A stretch of DNA of 64,000 nucleotides from Mustelus asterias. Lineage: Eukaryota. Location: assembly GCF_964213995.1 (NCBI RefSeq), contig NW_027590170.1, forward strand, positions 868,001 to 932,000. The letters are read 5' to 3'. Each line of letters begins with the position of its first letter. The stretch's first letter is position 1. A program made the position numbers and the translations under genes. The notes under the pieces are model-generated. The model searched no databases and had not been told where the DNA came from. It was given only the letters and a program-made list of their open reading frames with translations. This document shows positions 11,542 to 23,692 of the stretch, one piece after another.

Positions 11542-13014
11542 TCTATCTTCCCGCTCTGTAAAAGGGCTGCTCGATATTTGAAGATACCCTTTGTAAACCT
11601 CGCCTTCTATAATCTGCTGTCGTGTTTCAGCATGTTCTCAGCTCACTTCCTGTGTCCCCAGATTGACATATCGTGAGGTCGCAGGCAGTTACTAACAACA
11701 CCCTGACACTGAATGCAATTACTGTCCTTATAAAAGGGAATGGATCCGGATTTACAGTCCCGGGTTGGGAAAGAAACCGTTCCTGAAACGCTGTGATCCA
11801 ATAGGATGCTATTAATAAAGAGAAGGAATCGATTTAACTTCGCCATTCTTTTCTGATAATGTACATTTAGCGTTGATACAAAGCAAGGCGAGACACACAG
11901 AGGCTGCAAATGGATAGGGGAACATGAGCGTTTTTGCAAAAAAATGATCGACAGGAATATACTGAGGAAAATTAAGAGGTTATTCACATTGGCGAGAAAA
12001 ATAGAGAAAAGTAAAATAATACACTTAAATGGTGAGAGTCAATTATATGTTGGTGTGCAGACATCTCTCACCGTCCTTGTGTACACATGTAACCTACAGG
12101 TGGAGACAGCAATCCAGAAGGCAAATACAATTTTGACCTTCATTCCAAAGTAGTTGAGCGACACGAGAATGGTTGAATTGCTGCAATGGAAGAAGACTTT
12201 GGTCGGGCCACGTTTGGAGAAAAGAGTTCAGTTTCCGTCAGTGCTCTTAAGGAAAGGTGCATTTACTCAAGGATGTTCAAGAGGTAATGACAGAGCAGTT
12301 CTGAGGCGGCACTTAACCCTTTCCTGCTCCTATTCATCAGAGCCCATGACAGGGCTTGAGAAAAGCAGAAAGGGATCTTGAAAGAGGAAGGGAGAGAGTG
12401 AGTCGGAGAGGCAGACGGAATAATGGAGAGAGGGGAATGGGAGAGTCAGAAATGGAATGGAAGTTGCAGTGGGAGAGGGGGCAGTGAATGATTACGGAAA
12501 TAATTGTTGGTTGCGGGAGATAGGGCATTATTGGGAGACACAGGAAGAGGTCAGGGGACTTCCATAGCTGAGTAGCTCACTAGATGTCCAAGCAGAATTT
12601 GGACCCTTGATTCCTGTCTGTAGTCAGTGTCATGGTATGAACCCTCTATCTCTTAATTCACAGATAGCAGTGTGAGCACTATGCAAATGGATCCTTCCTG
12701 GCTTTTTACCCCATTCTTTTCAATCGTTTCTTCTTGAATTTGGATGAATAGGTCGTGTGTCTCTCTGAATTCCTGCCTGTCTTCAAACGAGTTTTCAATT
12801 CAAGTATCACAGGAAGTGGACAGAGAATGAATCAGAGAGCGTTTGACAAAAAAAAGTAAATGTAAGTCTTAACGGTAAATAAAAGACACCTCAGATAGTT
12901 TTGTAATGTATTGAAAAACAGTTCAATTTTACTGCAATTTTTGTGATACTAACTTTGAATTGTCATATAATGTGATTATGCAGATTGTAATCGTGCATTA
13001 TAAATAAAATATAC

Positions 13015-13230
13015 AAGGGGTAGTGGAGTTTTCCCTGGTGTCCAGGTCAATGTTTATCCCAAAATCAACATCACATAAACAGATTCTGTAATCATTGCCA
13101 CATTGCTGTTTGTGTTACTTTTCCGTGTGTACTTTCTCTGTTATAATAGCGAGTGCACTTACAATAAATTATTGGCTGTAAAATATTTTGAAATGTCAAC
13201 CGGTATTGCGAAGAGCCGTATAAATCCACA
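13015..13230 (+). mobile_element. Old Deu-domain (SacSINE1/AmnSINE-like) SINE 3' fragment
   Basis: ggagttttccctggtgtccaggtcaatgtttatccc...cattgctgtttgtg...attggctgtaaa resembles the Deu-SINE core and tail as recalled; not verified. Confidence 0.5.
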
Positions 13231-13804
13231 ATTTACCTTTAACGTCGAATTACATAGAAAGATTGCTCTCTCGGAGCGATGCGCATCCTGATTCCCATGA
13301 AGCCACTCCCCAATCTAGCATGCAAAATGTGTGATGGACACACTGCTCACTTCCTTGGACGAGCGCATCTCCAACAGCAATCATGAAGCAAGACCCAATC
13401 CAGGGTAAAAGAAGCCTTGATGTTTGGCACCCCATCCACAGATTTTGCATTCTCTTTCTCCACATCGCATACAGCGTGTATTATCTACATTGCAGCAACT
13501 TGCCATGGGTCCTTTGACAACAGATTACAAACCTGGGAACTAGACCACCTGGAACCTGTAATCACCTGGATGATGTAAAACCGAATTGCGCAAGTTCCCC
13601 TCAAATTCACAGGAGATCCTTATCTATGAAGAAATTGCAATTCATCTGTCAGTGCCATCTTATTAAAATAAGTGCAAGGGTAATAAAAAAAAGGAAAAAA
13701 GCAGTGGGGATGAAAAATAAAACAATTAAATTTAAGGATCTTCAATAAATATAGAAAGAGCAATAGGACAACGAAGGAAAATGGCAGGTAAGAAGAGGAG
13801 GACG

Positions 13805-14390
13805 CAGGGCATTGGTGAGGCCGCAGCTGGAATACTGTGTGCAGTATTGGTCCCCTTACTTGCAGAAGGATATATTGGCCTTGGAGGGAGTGCAGAGAAG
13901 GTTCACCAGCTTGATACCAGAGATGAGGGGTGTTGATCATGAGGAGAGACTGAGCAGATTGGGTTTGTACTCATTGGAATTTAGAAGGCTGAGGGGGGAT
14001 CTTATAGAAACCTATAAGATAATGAAGGGGTTGGATAGAGTAGAGGTGGAGAGATTCTTTCCACTTAGAAAGGAAGCTAGATCTAGAGGACACAGCCTCA
14101 AAATAAAGGGGGGGTCAGTTTAGGACAGAGTTGAGGAGGAACTTCTTCTCTCAGAGGGTGGTGAATCTCTGGAATTCTCTGCCCACTGAAGTGGTGGAGG
14201 CTACCTCGTTGAATATATTTAAATCACGGATAGATGGATTCCTGATCGGTAAGGGAATTAGGTGTTATAGGGATCAGGCGGGTAAGTGGAACTGATCAAC
14301 TTCAGATCAGCCATGATCTTATTGAATGGCGGGGCAGGCTCGAGGGGCTAGATGGCCTACTCCTGCTCCTATTTCTTATGTTCTTATGTT
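13805..14390 (+). mobile_element. CR1 LINE 3' fragment
   Basis: ORF 13812-14123 (VRPQLEYCVQYWSP...RGDLIETYK); (ttcttatg)n tail; same subfamily as 29511-30907. Confidence 0.92.
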
Positions 14391-14425
14391 TCTTGATTCC
14401 ATGATGTAGCTTCGATCTACAAGAC

Positions 14426-16075
14426 TGGTGGAGTAGTGGATGAGGTGGAGGGCTGTTGTAGGCTGCAAAGAGACATAGAAAGAACCATAGAACCATAGAA
14501 AATTACAGCTCAGAAACAGGCCTTTTGGCCCTTCTTGTCTGTGCCGAACCATTTTATGCCTAGTCCCACTGACCTGCACTTGGACCATATCCCTCCACAC
14601 CCCTCTCATCCATGAACCCGTCCAAGTTTTTCTTAAATGTTAAAAGCATTTCCCACTTTATCCGACAGCTCATTCCACACTCCCACCACTCTCTGCGTGA
14701 AGAAGCCCCCCCTAATATTCCCTTTAAACTTTTCTCCTTTCACCCTGACCCATGCCCTCTGGTTTTTTTCTCCCCTAGCCTCAGCGGAAAAAGCCTGCTC
14801 GCATTCACTCTATCTATACCCATCAAAATCTTATACACCTCTATCAAATCTCTCCTCAATCTTCTACGCTCCAGGGAATAAAGTCCCAACCTATTCAATC
14901 TCTCTCTGTAACTCAGCTTCTCAAGTCCCGGCAACATCCTTGTGAACCTTCTCTGCACTCTTTCAATCTTATTTACATCCTTCCTGTAACTAGGTGACCA
15001 AAACTGTACACAATACTCCAAATTCGGCCTCACCAATGCCTTATACAATCTTACCATAACACTCCAACTTTTATACTCGATACTCCGATTTATAATTGCC
15101 AATGTACCAAAGGCAATCTTTACGACCCTATCCACCTGTGACGTCACTTTTAGGGAGTTCTGTACCTGTATTCCCAGATCCCTCTGTTCAACTGCACTCT
15201 TCAGAGTCCTACCATTTACCCTGTACGTTCTTCTTTGGTTTGTCCTTCCAAAGTGCAACATAGATAGGATGCAAAGCTGGGCTGAAAAATGGCAAATGGA
15301 GTTTAACCCTCATAAATGTGAGGTGATTCATTTTGGTAGGACTAATTTTAATGTGGATTACAGGGTGAAAGGTAGGGTTCTGAAGACTGTGGAGGAACAG
15401 AGAGATCTTGGGGTCCATATCCACAGATCTCTAAAAGTTGCCACTCAAGTGGATAGAGCTGTGAAGAAGGCCTATAGTGTGTTAGCTTTTATCAACAGGG
15501 GGTTGGAGTTTAAGAGCCGTGGGGTTATGCTGCAACTGTACAGGACCTTGGTGAGACCACATTTGGAATATTGTGTGCAGTTCTGGTCACCTCACGATAA
15601 GAAGGATGTGGAAGCGCTGGAAAGAGTGCAGAGGAGATTTACCAGGATGCTGCCTGGTTTGGAGGGTAGGTCTTATGAGGAAAGGTTGAGGGAGCTAGGG
15701 CTGTTCTCTCTGGAGCGGAGGAGGCTGAGGGGAGACTTAATAGAGGTTTATAAAATGATGAAGGGACAGATAGAGTGAACGTTCAAAGACTATTTCCTCG
15801 GGTGGATGGAGCTATTACAAGGAGGCATAACTATAGGGTTCATGATATCAGAAGTAGGTTCTTTATACAGAGAGTGGTTGGGGTGTGGAATGGAGTGCCT
15901 GTAGAGATATTGGAGTCAGACACTTTAGGAACATTTAAGCGGCTATTGGATAGGCACATGGAGCACACCAGGATGATAGGGAGTGGGATAGCTTGATCTT
16001 GGTTTCAGATAAAGCTCGGCACAACATCGTGGGCCGAAAGGCCTGTTCTGTGCTGTACTGTTCTATGTTCTATGT
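14426..16075 (+). mobile_element. CR1 LINE split by a nested antisense CR1
   Basis: 5' stub GGVVDEVEGCCRLQRDI continues at 15258 (ORF 15269-15778); ttctatg tail near 16070. Confidence 0.9.
14480..15257 (-). mobile_element. Nested CR1 LINE
   Basis: ORF 14740-15261 is the CR1 ORF2 C-terminus; TSD ACATAGA at 14473-14479 and 15258-15264. Confidence 0.92.
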
Positions 16076-16969
16076 ACAATAAGAAGAGAGGGGAGGGAAT
16101 TGATAAATGAAATACAACAGAAAATGGCAAATCGGCTCGCCATACATTCTTAGATTGATTGGTGGAGAAATTCAATTAATCTCCTTCTCCTCTTCTTTCC
16201 CCAGAGCCCTCTAAACAAACACCCCTGCAACCATGTACCAGCTCCTCTTTTGAAAGATACTTTTGTAGCTGCTGCCAGCGCCCTTTCACGCAGCGCGTTC
16301 TAATTCACAACTCGCTGTCATGCCATTTTTGATTTTTCCAGTCGCCTCAAATCATTGTTTTCAGTTTAAAGGGCCTCCTGCTATTAGAAACGTTTGTTCC
16401 TTATTTACACCATCGAAATACATGATGGATTTGAACACTTTTAGTAAATCTCCCTTCAGCTGAGAAAACTGATGGTGGTTCTCTGTGAATTAAAGTTCAC
16501 AGATAGTTAGAAATGAGAATGACTACTCCTTCATTCTTGGTAGGACTCTGTCATCAGATGAGACCCTAAATCTCAGTTTTTAGATTGCCATCCAAATACT
16601 TCAACATATTTTCACACCTAATTAAAAGTTCATTGCACGGACTGAACTGCTCTGCCTGAGAGGTTTTGTTTCTGATTTGAAAACGTTGTTTTATAGAGTG
16701 AACATGGATGTTTTTCACACAGAGGGGTTCTGTGTAAACTTTCCAGCATGATGTCAATAAAAAATCGACTTTCGGAAAACAATTGAAATATCATTATAAA
16801 AACTGACCCAACAGAATTCACAATGCCTTTCGCTGCTCTCTGGTGCCAAATGTTGTAACCGAACATAAGGATAAATGTCAGTGCGTCGCCAAAAATCAGG
16901 GAATCAATGCTGATTTCAGCAATGATAGATTGTAATCTTGCCGCACCCCATCTCCAACTTTGCAACGTG

Positions 16970-17225
16970 AATTTGTGTGTGCGTTTGTGCGATGATTTTC
17001 AGTATTGTTGCATATGGTTGTGTCTGCTTGCATGTCTTTGTGTGTGTGCACGCGCGTGTGTGTGTGTGGACATTTGTTTGTGTACATTTGTGTGTGTGCT
17101 TGTACTTGTGTGTGTTTGTGCATGCGCCTTTGTTTTGTGTGTCTTTATGTGCGTGTATTTGTGCGTGCGTTTGTGTGTATGTGTGCATGATGTGTGTCCG
17201 TGTTTGTGTATATGCTTGTGTGTAT
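16970..17225. repeat. Degenerate (TG)n microsatellite
   Basis: TG-rich low-complexity tract. Confidence 0.9.
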
Positions 17226-17764
17226 GTTTTATATTTCAGATGATACACAGTAGCTCTTATTCCATTTCCACATTTTTACATCCAACATGTACCACTGTTG
17301 CTTTTTTATTTAGTGTTTCTGCCTGCCATCCTATCCTAACTGCGTGCCATCCTATCATTTTGTTCTGTACCCTTTGCAGTGTTTCTACTCCTTGGTACTT
17401 CCTTAAAACTGCTCTATGTTTTTTCAGTTCAGGTGAAAGGTCACGTGAACATATTTTTCCAATTCGACAGATAATGGCAGTCATTCTGATTATTTTCAAC
17501 ATCATCTTGTCTCTGCTTTATACAAGCTAGAATTCAAACTTTATAACCTCTCAAATTTAAGATTTGTTCAGGCAGATCACAGACAGCCGACAAATCATCA
17601 ATTCCACTCCCACTCTGAGCTATGGGGGTATATTTATATAGTTTCTCATTTCGCAATAAGACCCACACACCGAGCTTTAGATTTGCTTCTGTTATTATTT
17701 TAGTGCCCAGCAGGTTATTTAGACTGAAATTGGCATCAACCGTGCATGATCTCAGTCTCTCGCT

Positions 17765-18050
17765 GTGTTTGGGATTGTGTGTGTGATAGTGTTTGTATTT
17801 GAGTGTGTAGGTGCATTTGTGTACGTCTCAGTGTTTTACATTGTCTGCATGTCTGTGATTGCAAGTGTGTTTGTGGATGTCTACGCGTTTGCCTGTGTCT
17901 GTCTGAAAGTGTATTTCTTCGAATGTGTGTGTGCAAGTTTGCCTGTATTTGCCTGAGATTGTATATCTGTGAATGTGTTTGCGTGTGTGTGCGAGTTTGC
18001 CTGGGTCTGTCTGAGAGTGTATGTCTGTGAATGTGTGTGTGCGTGCGCGA
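17765..18050. repeat. Degenerate (TG)n/(TCTG)n low-complexity tract
   Basis: TG-rich, with repeated gtttgcctg...ctga subunits. Confidence 0.85.
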
Positions 18051-18553
18051 GTTCACTTGCAGCTGTTTCTGAGATTGTTATCAATTCTGTGAATAGTTTC
18101 GTCGACATTACAATAAATGTAATAGGAATAAGAAAATACAGCAGCACAATCCTCCAGCTTTTCTATGTTTCAACATGATCCTTCAGTAATCTGAGGATTC
18201 AGCGATCTCCCAGACAGAGACCATTTACCTCACATCGCCACAAGAGGGAGCGCCCTCACTGTGTTTGTGCGCTCACTGCAGCAGGAGATGAGTGGAATGA
18301 AAGGGGATTGTGTTATTGTCAATCTTTTCATGTTTCATAAATATTTTTCGTTAAAAGATAATTGGCCGTCCAGTGATTCTGTTCATCCACATTACTAACT
18401 TTCTTACATGGCATCTCAGTGGAACAGAAGAGAAAATGCTGGCACTTTTTTACAGAGCTGCCGAAGACGATTTAACCCCACATGTCAAGGAGAAAAAGCC
18501 AGAGATGACAAGATACATTTCCATTGGCAATTTAAACCAAACCTTTTGGAATT

Positions 18554-20654
18554 CTACTTTACTATTTTTACAATGAGATTGCCAAGATATTTTGCTGCAT
18601 TTTAGAACTTCTCTCTGAATTTCCTCTGCGTCACTGCATAAATGCACATGTTAGTGCAACAGCTCAGCAGCTGAAGCATGTTTCCACTTTCCTGGTGAAT
18701 GAATTTAGGGTCGTTGAAATTGGACCCTGCGAAATAAGATTCATTTATGATTTTCACACAGAGGAAATTCACAACGTATGTCGTCCACAACAGAATAAAG
18801 CTTCCCGTGATGGTGAAAAGTAAAACAATAGACTTCTTCCTGTTCTTCATTTCTGGATCATTCTGATTCTCTGCACTGCTGTGAGTCCGGAGTCTCTGGC
18901 GGGATCTACTGGCCGCCAGGATGTGTCTCACGGTCAGTGCATTAAACAACAAAATCAGAAGGAAAGGCAGAATAGGATTTAATACAAGTGCAAACCAGTC
19001 ATAACTGCCCATGAGAAGGAAGTGTAGTAGCTTGATTTTATCTTGCAAAACCAAGGCACATTTTCCACTATATAGACTGGCTCATATATAAAGTTCGAAT
19101 GAATCCTTTTCAAACAGTTCAACAAACAAACCGTTCCTACCACCACATCCGCTGTTTTTTCAGTGCAATAGTTTGTACGCACTTTCTGGCAGCAAATGGC
19201 TACATAACGATCAAAGGTGAAAAATAAGGTTAGCCAAACAGAACACTCCATGTTTGCCTAGATTATCACAGAACTCAGAGTACAGGCTGGAGTCAACGAC
19301 ATAAAACTTACCGGAAAATAAATGCCAATAATCCGATTGAATATTACAGCGATGACAACAACAAGGAGATCCGTCACTGCCATGGCAATCAGATAACGAG
19401 TAATGCATTTGGAGAGACCACACCTTCCTCGGGACAGAATCACAATCGCCACCACGTTAGCTGAGAGGAAAAAGAAAATTAAAGTTGTAAAGTTATTCAA
19501 CAAATTCCAAACAAGGACTGGGTGTGACAGACCTATTTGGACATATTTTCCAGTTCACCTTCGTTAGAAGAGACGGCTATTGATTATTTTTCAATGTCAA
19601 TTGTGTTTCAGAAAGAGCTACAAGGGCAACCTCCAGTTATGTTGCACCTTGAAGGCAAAAGGTTTCCCAAGTCTCTTAACAGGAAAGTGCTGCAGTACAA
19701 TTTGACATCTAACAACAGGAGCAGATATTAATTATGCTAAATGCTGAATAACTGGACGACGAAATACGCTTAAGGAAAGCATGTGAGGAACAGAGTGAGG
19801 AAGAAAGGCAATGTGATTCTGGACAATAATTGCAAATTTAAGGACTGAAAGGCTGAAGATGCCCAGATCGTATACGACATTTGGCATTCAACCTTTGTAT
19901 CATGTATCCCATAAACGAAATAGTCTGTAAATACGGTTGATATATCAGTTACAGTTGCATTGTTAAACTGTATAATGTGATAAGGATTCAGTTTGGCTTG
20001 TTAGAATTCCACGGGAATCTTCTCAGTAGGTAGGATGTATCAAGTTAATGCAATTTAAGGAGCATCAGATGGTTTGCATCAGAAATCCTGCTGGCTTGGA
20101 AACAGCAGTTTCCATTCTGCTGAGCAATGATATGAATTGCTCCATGATGAGAAGCGAAAAATGGTATATATTGACTGGAGTTTGATGCGTGAGTGGCGAC
20201 CTCGTTGAAAGAGAATTCTCAGCAGCCATACAGGGTATATACTGGGATGTCATGTCCGGTGATTGTGGAATCATGCCCAAAGTTTGTATTGCTGTAAATG
20301 TATTCTCACAGCAACTATAGATTTCAAAGACATGAGCAGCCTCGCTTTCATAAACGCATGCTGGCAAGAACAGCCACAGAGTATTGAATGTGTCAGAGAC
20401 TTAATGAGTAAGACTTGAGTTTAAATAAAACATAATTAAATAATGAAATGATAGGCCACCACTGAGCAAATAAGTTTTTAGAAGATACCTGGAAACAATT
20501 ATGTCATGTTCTTTATTGCCATGTTCAGCACTAACTTCATAAAACAGCGGCACGTCAAGTTAATGATTTCGTAGAATGACTTACCCGGAACCCCAATGGC
20601 AGCAATAATTGGATAGTAAATGCCATAAACTACACCAGTTATTCGACCATGCAT
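18554..20654 (-). pseudogene. GPR139/GPR142-like rhodopsin-class GPCR pseudogene (exon 1 20585-20654, exon 2 18554-19460)
   Basis: Exon 1 MHGRITGVVYGIYYPIIAAIGVP|gt splices in phase 1 to ANVVAIVILSRGRCGLSKCITRYL...SVWLT..FTFDRYVAIC...LLFNALTV...NRKKSIVLLF...LLSCCTNMCIY. Disabled by an in-frame TAG at 19258-19260, a frameshift near 19000 and a premature TAA at 18602. Confidence 0.88.
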
Positions 20655-23159
20655 TCTGTATGAGAAATAATGACGGTTGATCACAGGGACTCTCTGTGAC
20701 AAGGTCCAATAAATCCACATTTATACTATTGGAAATCTATAGGGAGGCAATTAAATTCTACAACTATTTACAGTTTGTTGAACAAACTGATTGAGCAGTA
20801 ACTTCCCATGATCATTCAGGGAGGGGTTTAGAATGCTTCGAGACCACAGGGAGCTGCCGATCCGTGCAGTCTAACATAGTTTAGAATTAATTAGTTAATA
20901 CTTGCGCAAATGTAAGACATGCTTATCATGTGGAATATTCATTATTTGGTATTGCTTAAGAAATATGATAGCCATGAGGCTAAAACCAGCATGGCTCAGT
21001 GACATTAGAACAGAAGAGAATCGGAATGGCAATGTAAGTCATATGCTGTCGAATGTACTCCCATAACTGAAGTAAAAGTCACCTGCAACACATAGTTCCT
21101 CACAAAAGGTAAGTTATTTCCACACAGTATAAATGATGCTGGCAGTAGCCAAAGGTCATCCACACCAGAGAACCTGCACTCTCACACCATTTTTACGCAT
21201 TTACCCAGCACGCGAAACATCATAAAATTGTCCAACGCGCATCACGTGGGAGCGTCAACAAAGTTCAGACTGAAAAACATATGGAAATTATCAGATATGT
21301 TTTATACAGTCCTAGGCCTCTTGATTATTACAGTCATTTCTTTCCAAATTTATGTTTCGCTGAACCACATTACTATTGTGCTGGTCAGGCCCTCCTTGGA
21401 CATTGCATGAGGCACTGTTTCTGATGGTTCGCAAGTGAATAAAGGCATAAGATTCCACAGATCTGAATAAAAACAAACTTTACTATACACGATTAGAAAG
21501 GTAAAACAATTTACAATATGTGGAAGGTAAAACATTCAATGGCTTTAGGGAGGAATGGTAGATGAGATGTTAGTTTACAAGGGCATGTGACAAAGACTTG
21601 TTTGAGAAGTTGCTGATGACAGTGTATTTGAAGGAGAGAGGGAGCTATTCACACCACACGCAATCTCTCTCTCTCATTCTCACACGTACACAAGGTGATT
21701 AGGACGGTAAATACATGGGGTTACGGGGATAGGGCCTGGGTGGGATTATTGTCGGTGCAGGCTTGATGGGCCGAATGGCCTCTCTCTGCACTGTAGGGAT
21801 TCTATAATCACAGAAACTGCTGATATCTAACTGGAGTGCATGGTGATTTGTAACGACAATGAATCTTTATTTTTTATTAATTATAACTCCGCTTTGGAAA
21901 GTAATTAAACAATGCCAGCTATCCAGTAGTTACATTGCCACATCGTTAAGTTTTTCATCTGTTAGCTTCACTAATTTGGGCGAAGATGTGCTGAGTGGTT
22001 TGTTGTCCATGAAAGGATCACATGTTCCAAATATTACAACCCTCCGTCGACATACTTTTCATGTTCCCTCTTTCTGTCCTTGAGGTGAAGACTCACCATC
22101 AGTAGTGGAAGAATCAGCAGAAGAGCGGGAATATCGTCTGGTGACGGACAGTCGATGTTTCCTGATAGTCTGGGGATTGAATTCACTCAACAACTCTGTA
22201 AGGAATGAAGGTGGTCGACACAGATGAAATAAAGGACCTGGTTCAATTAATGAAGTACACGAGAACAAAGGGGAGAATGTAGAACAACGTCTTTCGGGCC
22301 CATCTATGGATATATCCATCAATTCATTCATTGATCCCGGAAACAAAATGTCATGGCATCCAAATGTCACTGTTTGTTACATTACCCCCATCACCTCTTT
22401 ATTTTATCGGGCAGACAGTGGCATATTATTAATGGAACTTGACCAGTAATCGAGGTGCCCGGGATAATGCTGTGGCGACATGGGAACAAATCCCATCAGA
22501 GGAGGTGGTGGCTTTGAAGGCAATTAGAATGGAATTTGGAACTAACAGTTGTCATGGGAACCTCTCTGATTCACCAGTGAAGGGAATCCTCCATCGTACC
22601 CTGAACTCAACTATATTAGTCTCCAGATGGAGGGCAATATGACTAACTCTTCAAAATGTATCCTCTGCCTTATAGTCTGCTTGTATTTCCTGTTAACCAT
22701 CAACCCATCCATCAAATGTTATGATATGTTGGCGTGATCCTCCAAAGGACTGTTGTTGCTAAGAGGGACAATATAAATTGAATAACTGCCACTTATGTGG
22801 CTGCAATATACTTTGACTAAATATGCTTTCGTGGTAATATAATTCTTTCACAATTCTGCAGCGCTCTGCATACGATCAACACCACTGGATTTTCTTTTGG
22901 ATTATGCTTCAAATTATTTCAATAAGAAGATCCTGAGTCTTCAGCAGTGTTAAGTTTGACATGTGGATTGGAAATAATGGTTGCATCCCTGATGAAAACA
23001 GATGACTTGAAGTTTTCGTTTATCAAAGCAACAGTTTAACCCTCATGTTTGGCAACAGATGTATGCAGTTAATACATTTTTGGTATTTTTATTCCTTCAC
23101 TGTCCTTGCTATTTGGACAGCGACATAATTGCCACTCCTCCAATTTGAGGCAGTTTGGT

Positions 23160-23249
23160 GGCTTGTTGGTCGAGGGGTATGATTCTCGCTTTGGGTGTTT
23201 AACTGTACAAGCTTGCGAGAGGTCCCGGGTTCAAATCCCGGACAAGCCC
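23160..23249 (+). tRNA. TRNAP-UGG: tRNA-Pro(TGG) with 18-nt intron (23196-23213)
   Basis: Removing TGTTTAACTGTACAAGCT after G37 gives a 72-nt sequence nearly identical to vertebrate tRNA-Pro(TGG). Acceptor stem GGCTTGT/ACAAGCC is paired; B-box GGTTCAAATCC is intact. Confidence 0.9.
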
Positions 23250-23257
23250 GTATTTAT

Positions 23258-23600
23258 GGGTGGCACGGGAGCACAGTGGTTAGCACTGCTGCTTCACAGC
23301 TCCAGGGACCTGGGTTCGATTCCTGGCTTGGTCACTGTTTGTGTGGAGTTTGCACATTCTCCTCGTGTCTGCATGGGTTTCCTCCGGGTGCTCCGGTTTC
23401 CTCCCACAGTCCAAAGATGTGCGGGTTAGGTTGATTGGCTGTGCTAAAAATTGCCCTTAGTGTCCTGAGATGTGTAGGTTAGAGGGATTAGTGGGTAAAT
23501 ATGTCGGGATATGGGGGTAGGGCCTGGGTGGGATTGTGGTCGGTGCAGACTCGATGGACCGAATGGCCTCTTTCTGTACTGTAGGGTTTCTATGATTCTA
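23258..23600 (+). mobile_element. Full-length HE1-type tRNA-derived V-SINE
   Basis: tRNA-like head (gcacagtggttagcactgctgc...gggttcgattcc), V-domain (tgtgtggagtttgcacattctcc...gggtttcctccgggtgctccggtttcctccc) and CR1-like tail ending ttctatgattcta. Confidence 0.9.
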
Positions 23601-23692
23601 GTTTTCTGAGTATTGAACATCACTGGCCGTCGAGGAATTAATCAGACGATTTTATTTAAATTGTAGGACGGCTCAGATTTGATCTGATTAGA

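Noticed and set aside
16896-18147. Cys/Val-rich and His/Thr-rich ORFs up to 207 aa
   Set aside because: They are translations of TG/CA microsatellite tracts.
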